From Rhina ancylostomus (lineage: Eukaryota), in NCBI GenBank assembly GCA_030265395.1, contig JARFYF010000022.1:32880700-32944699 (forward strand): DNA of 64,000 bases, given 5' to 3'. The translations under genes and the position numbers were made by a program. The notes beneath the pieces are model-generated. The model saw nothing but the letters and a program-made list of their open reading frames with translations. It was not told the DNA's origin and did no database searches. Numbering within the stretch: position 1 is the stretch's first letter; the number at the start of each line of letters is the position of its first letter. This document shows positions 26,301 through 37,268 of this stretch, one piece after another.

Positions 26301-27282
26301 AAGAACAGAATTTTCAATCTTTTGTAATCCTCAGTTGTCAATTTCCCCACCACACCAACCTCTCAATGTTTGTATTCAAACAGGTGCTCCTATCCCATAA
26401 AACTGAATAGTGTTGTGGTAGCTGAACTACCTGATAATTGGCATGCCATGGAAACTTGTGTTCATTCTTCTGAATGTCCAGGGAAATCCTAGTTAATTTT
26501 CACAGGACTGGAGCATGAATTGGACTCTTGGTTTCTCTTAATTGAGGAAGAAAGTCATATTTATTCTGGAGATATAATATTATTTTAATGCAATTCTGAT
26601 TTAGTGTGATAAAGATACACATGCTCAATATCTAGTGGTGCATTTAAAGTACCTTCGGACACAACCCAGGGATGAGCTGCTGAACTTTCAGCTTCTGTTT
26701 CAGGCAGGTCCAAAAATGGATTGTAATCTTGAGTTGCATTTTCTTCAATTGGTTTACCCCCCAAAGGCAGAATTTTTCTTCTGTTAAATGTACAAATTAA
26801 AAGAGTTGAAGGCTCCTTTTGAGTGGAAGTAACTGCTACAAATACATTTTTGATGCAGCTCCAGGGTTTTGTAGATTTTTTTACATTCTCAATGCCACCT
26901 TTGTCTATGTCTCATGACTTGTAAACTATTATCCCTTAACTGATGCCAACAGCAAGTGCACAAACAAATAGCATCTGCATAGCTGTGCCGAGATCCACAA
27001 TTAATGCAATAGTTCATTGCAAAACCACTGAAACTTACACTAGCTTACTGCCTTGACGTAATTTCCCAAATTACACCAAATTCTAATAAAGTGGAAATTG
27101 TACAGTAAAATGTAATAATTTTAGCCATAGCAAGTTTTATAATCTTGGTCACAAAGCTGTTATTATTGAGAAAAAAATTATTCTGAAACTATTTTAATGT
27201 GATCAGCTAAGCCAATTTCATCATATTTCCTTCTACAATATGCAGCACAAGATAAATAATTCTGTTGTTTGCTTTATTTTAG

Positions 27283-27387
27283 AATCACCCCTCAAGTGCA
27301 AGGTACAAGTTTGTGACGACTGGTCACGGCAAATATGAGAAAGTCCCCATTACTGATGATGAGCACGGTACCAATGGAAATAGTTAA
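27283..27387 (+). CDS. LSP1: LSP1 last coding exon (NHPSSARYKFVTTGHGKYEKVPITDDEHGTNGNS*)
   Basis: tttattttAG acceptor; TAA at 27385-27387. RYKFVxTGHGKYEKV is the LSP1 C-terminal signature. Confidence 0.96.
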   Translation, partial: NHPSSARYKFVTTGHGKYEKVPITDDEHGTNGNS

Positions 27388-28005
27388 TCAAGTGAGTTCA
27401 ATCCTTTTTGATGTCAACAAGCAAAGTGCACGTTGGGTTTGAGTAGGCCATCAATAAAATTAACTTGCCATTGGGTTGAAATGCTGACAATGGGGCTCAT
27501 TGTCGAACTAATGTCCACCAGTGCCTGACCCACAGTTGCAGCCTGTGGCACAGGAGTAATTGGCAGTCCTACCGACTGAGTTCACCTGGCCAATCCCACA
27601 GTGTGCACTCCTCCATTTTCCATTTGCCACCATGTTGGGAAGGTAATTTCACATGCTGATGATATCACTTCATTTGCTTTCCATTGATTGATGTAGAAAT
27701 CCTAGACATCGCCCTTACTCGGCTGTGTACTGCTTTTGGATAGGGCGTGTCCTCTACGCCAAAGAAATTTCACAGCTGAAGCAACACTTGGCTTTCTATC
27801 TCAATCCTCTGAGAGGAAACTGGAATTTGAACAATTTAAAAAGATGAATAAACAGGATTAGGGCTAGTTTCTGCCTTGATTTAATTGTTTGCCCCAAATG
27901 CTTCTGCTGCCTTGGCTGGTATTTTGGGCAAACAGTTGTATAGTAATGTTCACCAAAGTTCTTTTCCCTCCCTCTCCCCCAACCCCACCTCTTGCTCTAC
28001 AATAG

Positions 28006-29680
28006 GAATCTCAGGTTGAGTCAGAGATCCTGGGAAAGTCTGCAGTCTCACTCGGTCACGGACTGCTTGCTGCTCAGCCATCAGGTTGCACCATATAAGC
28101 TCAGTGGAACTGGATTGCTGAATTGAGGGGAGCTGCCTGTTGAGTCAAAGGCTAGGAGATCCCACGGCCCTGCAGCAGGACAAGAAACTGGCTTTGTCAA
28201 TGTACAGGCAGTTAGAAGATGGCTGTTTCAATAATCAGCAAGTCACTCCACTGGTCTGGCCACCTTCTAAATGGAAAGGAAGATAAACCCTGCCATTTAC
28301 TCCAGTATCTGTTCATTGACTGGTCAGGCAGCCACGTTGGTTATCATGGATTTGGAGTTGTGAGCAGCTTGGTGGAGCCCTGGTTCTTCTCTGTCCACAA
28401 CTGGTCTGAACTAGTTTTAATACAGCTGCCATATTACCTGTTTGTTTTGGATTTGACCTGAATGTTTAACACAACAGGATGTTTTAAAGTCTAGAATGCA
28501 TTAGAAATACAGTGCATGTGATTTGAATCTATATAAAGTTATATTGGGAAAACTAAATTGGGCATGAATTTGCTCAAATTGAATTTGGATAAATAGTCTC
28601 CCTATCTTCGTATATCTGTTTAGTGTTTCAGCTTCTTGCCAATTCCTAGGTTGAGCAATTTAAATCCTTTTAAAATGCTGCAGATCTGAGCCATAAAACA
28701 GAAAATACTGGTGAAACCTGACTGACTTGAAATATTAACTGTGATTCCCTCTCCACAGATGAGGCCTGACTCCCTGGATGTTTCCACCCTTTTTGATTTT
28801 AATATTTTCAAAAAGTCATCGGGACGTTTAGCCTTCTGCTAATACTAACATTGATTAATTATTTTGATGCAAACACTTTTAATTTAGTGTAACCTGAAAC
28901 TGACTGTGAACTCTGGTTTGCCGGTCATGGTCACTACCTGGACACTGGTCCCAAATTCATAATGGTAATATTGTGATGCTCAAGAACATCTCCAAATTCT
29001 TCAGTCCAAGGCTTGGTGACACTTAATTGGCTTCAAGGATTTAGACTGGAGAAGATGTAATGGTCTTCTGTTCACAAATGTCTTTTCATCTGATTTATAA
29101 GTATGTCTGATCTATTACTTATGATAGGTCTTGTGGTCCAGCATTATTGTTGCACAGGCATCAGTTATTTGATATGAAAAGTTATCTAGTTTTGAAGTTT
29201 ATGATTAACTTAGTATTACCCAGCCAGAACGCCAGCTAGTCCAGTGGTGTACGGTTACCTCTAGGGAAACTGTCCAAATTAAGAGTCATGGTGGAACAGA
29301 TCCATCTGTCTTTAGTTTGTCAAAGTTATCAAAAGAAATGTGCACTGTGGATTTATAGTGATTCATCGAGGAATGTTTGTACAGATTAGCCAATTCAACA
29401 GTCTGACACGTACCAATGGCATTAGCAAAGATGACAGGTCTGAGACTTGTGTGTTATATGGTACTCAGCCCTATGTATAGATTGGTGCTATCGGGAGCAT
29501 ATTTCTTCCTCGCCTAATTATAGGATTGTGCTGGTCAAAGCAACATTTTAAAACCGTCGGTTCCTGTTGCTCCTCTTCCAGTCTTCTGATTTCTGTGATT
29601 AAAATCCAGAACTGCTGAATGATTTCAGATTTGGTTTTGTCATTTTGTAGATATTAAATAGGAAGAATGGATAATCAAAG
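28006..29680 (+). other. LSP1: Probable LSP1 terminal 3'UTR exon (end uncertain)
   Basis: Donor CAA|gtgagt 4 nt after the stop (27392) and a long pyrimidine tract with tAG at 27955-28005. Candidate ATTAAA at 29653 is followed by a T/GT-rich tract. Confidence 0.45.
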
Positions 29681-31199
29681 CTGATTCATTTGTTTTATTT
29701 TTGTGTTGATCTCAATTCAGCTTTTGGATGGTCTTCAATGGCTTGTCAAGTGGACAACCAAGAAAAAGCTGTTTCTACCTTTTTTTCTGTGCCCAGCTGA
29801 CTGCCCTTGCATATCTGAGTGACTTCCAGGATGGTCTCTTTCAAATCTCCCTCCTTTTGGCTTGATCTCATTTGAGAGTGTTGCTTGAAGTTCTTTGGAG
29901 AAGGACTTTCTGCAACAGACATTTTCACAATTGTTTTGATTCACCACTACACAAGAGATCAAGTTGAATTCTCAATCCACTCTGCTGTATTAGTGGCACT
30001 TCTATGACTACTGGTTAACTTGTAGATGCATTTCCCATTCTCCTTCTCAACAATAGATCCTTCTGTTCAGCTCATGTATCCAGCTGAGCAGAAAATTAGA
30101 AAGGGTGAGAACATGAGCAGAAGTAGACCATAAAGGCCCATCTATCCCCATCTTGACCATGCTGACTGAGAATCCAAAGCCCATTGGAATGAAGAATTTC
30201 AAAGCCTCATTAAACCGTGGGGTGAAGGAATTTCTCCTCTCAATCTATTTGGTCAATCTCCACTGTTGAGACAATGATGCCTGCTTCTAGACTCTCCAGC
30301 AAAGGGGAGCAGCCTCTCAGCACTTACTCCATCAAGATCTCTTAGAATGTGAAATATTTCTGTGAAGTTGCCTCATCTAAACTCCAGAGCCATCCCAGAA
30401 ATCAGCCTTCAATGAGTCACCTTCAAGACGCAGGTATTTTTTTGTAATGCAAGCACTGCACCCTCAGTGCAATCACTTCACAGCTACATGGTATCCGTCA
30501 GCCCTGCCTACTTGTGCTCACCTGATGTGAATTGCTAGGCAAGAACCCAATCAACTAAGGCCCACCTGTGAGAATGTCTGCCTGGACACTCCTGTGGGTC
30601 CTGTGAATGTGCACCCTCAGAAGTAACGTGATCTTCTGAGGAATTATCTTCATGTCTTGTATCACTTTCTGTACGAGTGAAGTCCCTAAAAGACTAAAGA
30701 AAAGATTATGATTTAGTTTTGGCAAAGTGACAATCTTGACAATTGCTGCCTCTCTCTTCATTCTTGTCATACTTCAGTCAGTGATGAAATTACAGTCAGT
30801 TTATGTTTGGCAGAGTTATTTGCAATTTCACTGCGAGCAGTCTTTGGCTATGGGAGATGCCACTTAGTTCCAGCAGTTCCCCTGTACACCTAAGAGCTTC
30901 CACTTTAACAGCACATCACCATCCTTAATTCTCTAACGAGGGCTGAGAAAACACATCTGTGAAGTATTCACAGGGTGCAAGGGATCAGATGAAGGTAACA
31001 ATGAGACACATGCCCCATTTTATGTAAGAATAGTGAGTATTAGGGTGGATGACTAAATGAGGATTTGATGACTGCTATTGTATGCTGAGTGGAGGGAGGA
31101 AATTATATGATGGGGAGGACGAAGTGTAATGCAAGGAGAAAAGGATGCTTACATAGGAAGATGTAGTTGAACCAGAAGATATGTTTACTTTTCCTGACC

Positions 31200-31253
31200 T
31201 GGTTAGGTCATTAAACCACTTTCCATGGTTAGGTTATTAAACTACTTCCCATT
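31200..31253. repeat. Imperfect 26-bp tandem duplication (tggttaggtcattaaaccactttcca)
   Basis: Directly visible. Confidence 0.8.
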
Positions 31254-32382
31254 TCTCAGTATTCAGGGAGATTTCCTGGATTCCTAAAGAACTCAGTGCA
31301 TATCAGTGAATAGGGTAATTGTCCATTACCTGAATTTATTCAGGTCCACGCAAGTTCTTCTGTAGTTCATCCTTTTGCAGTCCAGTGTTGGCAGTTCAGT
31401 ACCTCCGTCCCAGAAAGGAGTTTGTTCAGTAGATCTGTGATCAAGTTTATATTCTAGGTGTGGTTCTCTAATGACTGCCTTCTCCATGCTTCCGTTGTGG
31501 TAGGACGTGTATCTGGCAGTTTTGGAGCCATTTCCCAAGTGAGCCAACTAGATTTGATACAGGCAGCCTTGTTATTTTTTTGCGCAGGAGTGGAGATGAA
31601 TTCATCTCAAATTTGTCATGTTCATCAGAAGCAGTGATATTTAAGGAATATTGGGGCAACTACTGATAGAAAACATGGTCAGGTAAATGTGGCAATGGAT
31701 AAATGTTCTGGAATTTGGGGATCAGGAAGTACTTGGGTAGTACGTTCCTTCAGGGGATTAAATAAGTGAACTCCATGGACCAAAGAGATCGTACTCTTGT
31801 GGAAGGAGTGAGCATGAGGTATTTTTTCCTTGTTCCATTCTTTTGTTTTATTGTAGCAGGTGTGTGTGTGTTTGCTCTGTCTGTGTAGTGATACTGGAAT
31901 TATGTTTGGGAAACTTTCCACTATTCAGTGTTTCCAAACCTGTGTTGACTGTGATTTTTCTGAACATGTTCAAGCTACTGTTTCTCATGGGTGGAAACAA
32001 GGTACAAGTTCATTATGGAGACCCTCAGCTTGCCCCATTTACCTGTCCCACACTCCAGCTGGAATTTCCTGGGCCAGCGATATATTTCAAATAGGCTTCC
32101 TTTTGGATGCTAGCCTCTTATCTGTAAGTTATCTTAGGCAGTGGGAGGAATAGCAGCACATTTTGCTAATTCCTCCAGAGCTACTGAGATAGTGACCTCC
32201 AAAGTAATTGAAGAGCAATCTCTAATCATTCCAAAGAATCAAATTTTGAGGGCTCACACAGGTGTGTTGGGGAAGGGTACAGGAAAAGTCCAGTCAGTTG
32301 TATGCCAAGAACATATTAAATCTCCTTGTTCAGCATGGTTAAGGTGAATGACAATCAAAACAAAACACAACTCTGGATGGTG

Positions 32383-32563
32383 GAAATCTGAAATAAAAAC
32401 AGGTGGTGCAGGAAATGCTCTGCAGGTCAGACAGCACCTGTGTGAAGTGAGAGTTAACTCTTCAGTTCTGATGAAAGGTCTTTGACCTGAAATGCTCAAT
32501 CTTTTTCTCTTTCTACAGATGCTGTCTGATCTGAGTGTTCCCATATTTTCTGTTTTTGTTTCT
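32383..32563. mobile_element. Palindromic Penelope-derived non-autonomous element with a hammerhead-like core
   Basis: About 65-bp inverted arms (gcaggtcagacagcacctgtg / acagatgctgtctgatctgag) flank CTGATGA-aaggtc-ttt-gacct-GAAA. Confidence 0.7.
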
Positions 32564-32944
32564 GGTTAATTTGAAGACACTGAGGATTAATGTGAAGTGT
32601 TCTATTCCCATTGTTTGTGTCTAACTACAAAAGATTTACTCACCTTTGGATGGAATATACAGCCAGATCTCTTATGGGAGCAAATTATGGCAGTAAAATG
32701 AAATATCGGGAGACCAGCTTAGAACCAGTGGAATGACTCACTGGCTGTCTACCTCTAAACATCTCTGAATGTATAGAATAGAGGAGGAAAATCTGCTGCA
32801 GGAAAGTACTTAAAAACATGTTACCCCATGTTGTTGCTTCTTTGCATTTGAAAATACAAATTTATGGTGTTTAATATATAAATGAGCCACGCGGGAGTGA
32901 ATTAATGACTAAAAACTTGGGCAGCATCTGTTGGCCGTGATTAG

Positions 32945-33016
32945 AGAACAGGAAGTGCCACTTCCCACCTTCTTCAGAACTTCCTGTTTCACTTCGAAAG
33001 CTGTTTCAGTGATAAA
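32945..33016. promoter_or_regulatory. ETS / IRF-ETS composite / GATA motif cluster
   Basis: CAGGAAGT at 32949; ACTTCCTGTTTCACTTC at 32979-32995 (reverse strand GAAGTGAAACAGGAAGT); TGATAA at 33010. Confidence 0.35.
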
Positions 33017-34368
33017 CATGCACTGGACCAGAGAATTTGTGAATTGAAAGCCCAAGTTATAAAAGTAACTTCTATCATTTATATGATTTATATTGTAGAA
33101 GTATTTACCGAGTTAACATTCTGTTTTTATGTTGTCCAAGTTTAGCCCAACTACCAAGAATATTTTCTGATCAGTGGAAAACCAGCTGGTGGCTGATTTA
33201 CAGTGGGGTTTTATTTCTGTATGCTCTAAATTGGGCAGCCCAACCAATACTTAAATGGATATCCCTGAGCTGTTTCTCTTAAAAAGAAATCGCACAATGG
33301 CTTGATGCAAAGAGACATGTAGCTTGTTTACTTGACACACTCAAATACAATTTATTTTTCATTAGAGCAGCCTGGTAGCAGTTCCAAGAATGATGACACA
33401 CCATGTGCTTTTGGTTTTATTGCCCCCTTCCTGTCTTGGTCTTGTGATTTATGTCCCATTGTATTTTTGGTATATTTTCTGCCTGGCTCCTATTATTCTG
33501 GTAATCTTTAGAAGGTAGAGAATGCATTGGATTATGGAACTTCAATGATGTTAGCATGCAGGAAGGTAATGTGGTGAAGTATATAGTGTTATGTGGTGAG
33601 GAGAAGGATGTAATAGAGGTGTCTAATAAGGGGTGGAGGTGTGTATTCATTTTGGAAAGTGTACTGGAAGAGTGGTCCCTTGAAATGTACAGAATGAAGG
33701 AGAATGTCTCAACTCTGTTGCAGCTTTGAAGGATTGTACATCTAAAGTCTGATGATAATTAAAACCTGGAGACATTTCTAGCTAGGACACCAGATGGAAC
33801 ACATTGCTTTGCCTTTGAAGTGAATAAACAGCAATCCCCAAGTCATAGTAAATGCTTGCATCCACGGATGCTGAGATTGAGAGGTGATTTTCAAGTGAAC
33901 ACCATGTGGAGATGAAGCTCAGCACTGGTGCTATCCTGCTCAATTACCAGCAAATGCTTCATGCTGTTGAGGAAATTGTGCTGCCCTCCACCTGGGAAGG
34001 GGAAGGGTTTGGGGGAGGGAGGGGGGAACATGTGATGAATTGAGGAAGGTAATGAAGCATTATTTAACCAATCAGTTCATTAATATTACCTACCAGTCAG
34101 TAATCCATCAAAAAAATAATTACAGATCTAGGACAGGATGCCCCACCTAGTTCACCAGTTTTTCTCAACTGGGATAGATCAGTGGGATCCCCTGCCTGTC
34201 CTCTGGCATGTTCAAAGCAACGTGTCGTACAGGTGGTCTAATGATTATATTTTGAAGAATTAATTTTTGCGGTGAAACAGCAGAATGGAATGAGGTGGGG
34301 CCAAGTACGTTGTTTAAATGTTGTCTTCAGTTGGCTTATTGGTAGCGTGACTGTTACTGATCACATCC

Positions 34369-35081
34369 TAGAGTCATAGAGCTTATACAGCATGAAAGCA
34401 GGCCCTTCAGCCCAACCCATTGGTGCCAATCAAGTTGCCTAACTGAACCAGTATTACTTGCCTGTGCTGACTCACATCCCTCTGAACCTTTCCTTTCCAC
34501 GTACCTGTCCCAATGTCTTTTAAATGTTGTAATTATACCTGCCGCTACAACTTCCCCTGGCAAATTGTTCCATATACCCACCACTCTCTCTGTGAAACAT
34601 TTTCCCCTCAGATTCCTTTGAAATTTTTCCCCACTCACTTTTGCCTTTGCCCTCTAGTTTCAGACTCTTCTACCCTGAGGGAAAGACTGTGACCAATCAC
34701 CTTATCTATGCCCTTCATGATTTTATAATCCTCTATATGGTCACCCCTCAGCCTCCTACACTCCTGGGTAGAAAAGTCCCAGCCTATCTAGCCTATATTT
34801 ATAACCTAAGTCCTCCAGTCCCCGTAATATCCTCATAAATCTTTTTATTTCTCACCCTCTCTAGTTTAATAACATCCTTCCTACAGCAGGGCAGCCAGAA
34901 ATGTCAGCAGTACACCAAATGTGGCCTTACCAACATCTTGTACAGCCATTACATGACATCGCAACTCCTGTACTCAATATCCTGGCCAATGAAAGCAAGC
35001 GTCCCAAACTCTTTCACTACCCTGTCTACCTGTGTCACACTTTGAAGGAATTATCTGCTTGTACCCCTAGGTCTCTCTGTT
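34369..35081 (-). mobile_element. CR1 LINE 3' fragment
   Basis: Minus ORF LRGKCFTERVVGIWNNLPGEVV...FKRHWDRY plus upstream ORF2 remnants. Confidence 0.88.
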
Positions 35082-36973
35082 AATTGACTAAATGAGAACT
35101 AATACAATTCTCAACTGAGTCAGTGGTAGATGGCCAAAATTAGATTTTTAAGAAATTAAGGCTTAGGAGGCGGGGCTGGCTATTGGTTAGCAATGTTCAT
35201 CCTTCTGATACTTTCCAGTGACCACTGCCAGAAACTGTGAAGCTGTAGGCATCACAGAAGGACGAGATAAGATCCCAAGCTGAAGTTCACAAACCTGAGC
35301 CTGGTTGCTTATTGGGTTCCTTCATCAAGTCCCCCAGCTTTGCTCTGACCCATTTGTTTACTCGAGTTAGCAAGCTACTTACCAGTACTCACAGGTTTCT
35401 GCGCAGTTCATCCAGCTAGTGAAGATGGACAGGATTGGTCCATTCACCACTTATCCAGGTGAACGTTGAAAATTGCTCCACTGTGTTACAGGAGTAAACT
35501 TCCAAATATGTATTAAATTTATTTGTGCATTTCATTTATCCTATGGGATAACCAGGAATCCAGAGGCTTTTTGATATAACTGAGAAGTTTCTATCCATTA
35601 GGATCCAGATATGACTGGGAGTGAGGGGCAAGGAAATAATGTACCAGAAAGTACAGGTAGTATTATAAAAGGCAAGAAGCAAAGAATTTGGTGTAGGTAT
35701 TATCAAAATTATCATTTTATGTTCAGGTTTTTGTTACTATGAAACTAGAGCCATTATCATTAACAATGTCTCTTGAATATTAATTCAAAAACTTACATTA
35801 GTGGCTTCTATTGGTGCGGTCACTAATCTGTCAGGCTTCACATCAGAAATGAATAGGAAAACTGAGTGCAAAATTTGGGTGAAAAATAAGAAATGCTGGA
35901 ATTACAAAGAACAGTCGGCACCTGAAAAGTTGGCTTTGTAATTTGATTGACGTCCTTAATGAAAAGAAATGGTTTTATCTGATGCAAATGCTGCATCCAA
36001 AATAATAGCTTTTCACAAGCTGAGCTGTTGCATATTTCCATCCATTTGTTTTTAGTCTCTTCCCTGCATACACCTTCCATACATTAGTGTGAACTCACCT
36101 AAGAAGTTTTAACTTTGGTGCTGATCTGGCAAACTTTGAGGCCATTTGTAGTAGTTTGATCTTTTGGAGACAATAAAAAAAATGACTGGTGTTGGATTGT
36201 CCCTCTGTTATGTACCTCCCTCAATTTTATTGCTAAGGACCTCAACAAAAAGGACAATAGGGAAAAGTATTTAAAGGGCTGTTGATCCAACATCCCCTAC
36301 TTTACTTTGCACTTGATAGAAGAGTAAATAATGCTGCATAAGAGCAGTTTAAGGAAAAGAAATTGGAGTGTAAGACGTTCCACGTGCTGAAGACATAAAC
36401 AGTTAGAATTATGTAAGGTGTGCACTCGGTTACATTTAACCTACTATACTGTCCCAGAGATATCCCTTGGTGTCAGTGCACATTCAGAAAATCCAAATGT
36501 CTCATTCCTGAGATACATGAATAGGTTTTATGTGCTTATTGTAAATATATTTTGTCAGTGCTCATATGATAAGCAGTCATGTGCTTTGGTGTAGTACCAG
36601 CAGTTTATAAGGATTTGTAGTATGGCAATTTTTGTCCAGCTACAGATTTTTAAAAAATCACACTAAATTCATTTAGTGTTAACTTGTGAAAATTCAGAAC
36701 CCTTATTCATTTGAATTGACATAAGGAAAAAAAAATTAGCTGGTCTCAACAGCACTGATACTGGAAAGGGTAGCATCTGTACTGCATCTGATGTAGACCT
36801 TGTTCTGCAGTGCTTATCATATTTAACAAAGACTCTTTAGCTCATTCAGCTTCATCACACCAGGTCTTGCTTCTACTGTCCAGCTTTTACGTCATGGTTT
36901 ACCTATGTGCCAGGTGCCAGTGTTTCAGAAGGTTAAAATACATCCACACACACTCGTGGAACCATTAATGCTA

Positions 36974-37050
36974 TCCCCAGAACACTCTAAGCAAAAAACA
37001 TGCATTTCACTGTGTGCTTCGATATACATGTGACTAATAAAGATATCTAA
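36974..37050 (+). mobile_element. 5'-truncated copy of the same SINE tail
   Basis: ccccagaacact...atgcatttcactgtgtgcttcgatatacatgtgactaataaagatatct matches 10157-10230. Confidence 0.8.
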
Positions 37051-37101
37051 TGGAGCAAGTTAAACATAACTCACAAGAACAGAATCTGGTTGCAATTATT
37101 T

Positions 37102-37151
37102 TTTATTACATTTAGTAACATGTTGTTATGTGTATAAGAATTTAATTTATT
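37102..37151 (-). terminator. Candidate PRR33 polyadenylation signals (two AATAAA)
   Basis: tttatt at 37102-37107 and 37146-37151 on +, about 120-165 nt after the stop. Confidence 0.45.
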
Positions 37152-37268
37152 TAAAAAAAATCTAATCCATACTGGCAGCATTTCTGTAACTCTAATTTGT
37201 TTGTATTTCCAGAGTAAAGGGTATATTCTGGATGTTGGTTGACCACTTTGTTTTGTTACTTTGCGTAT

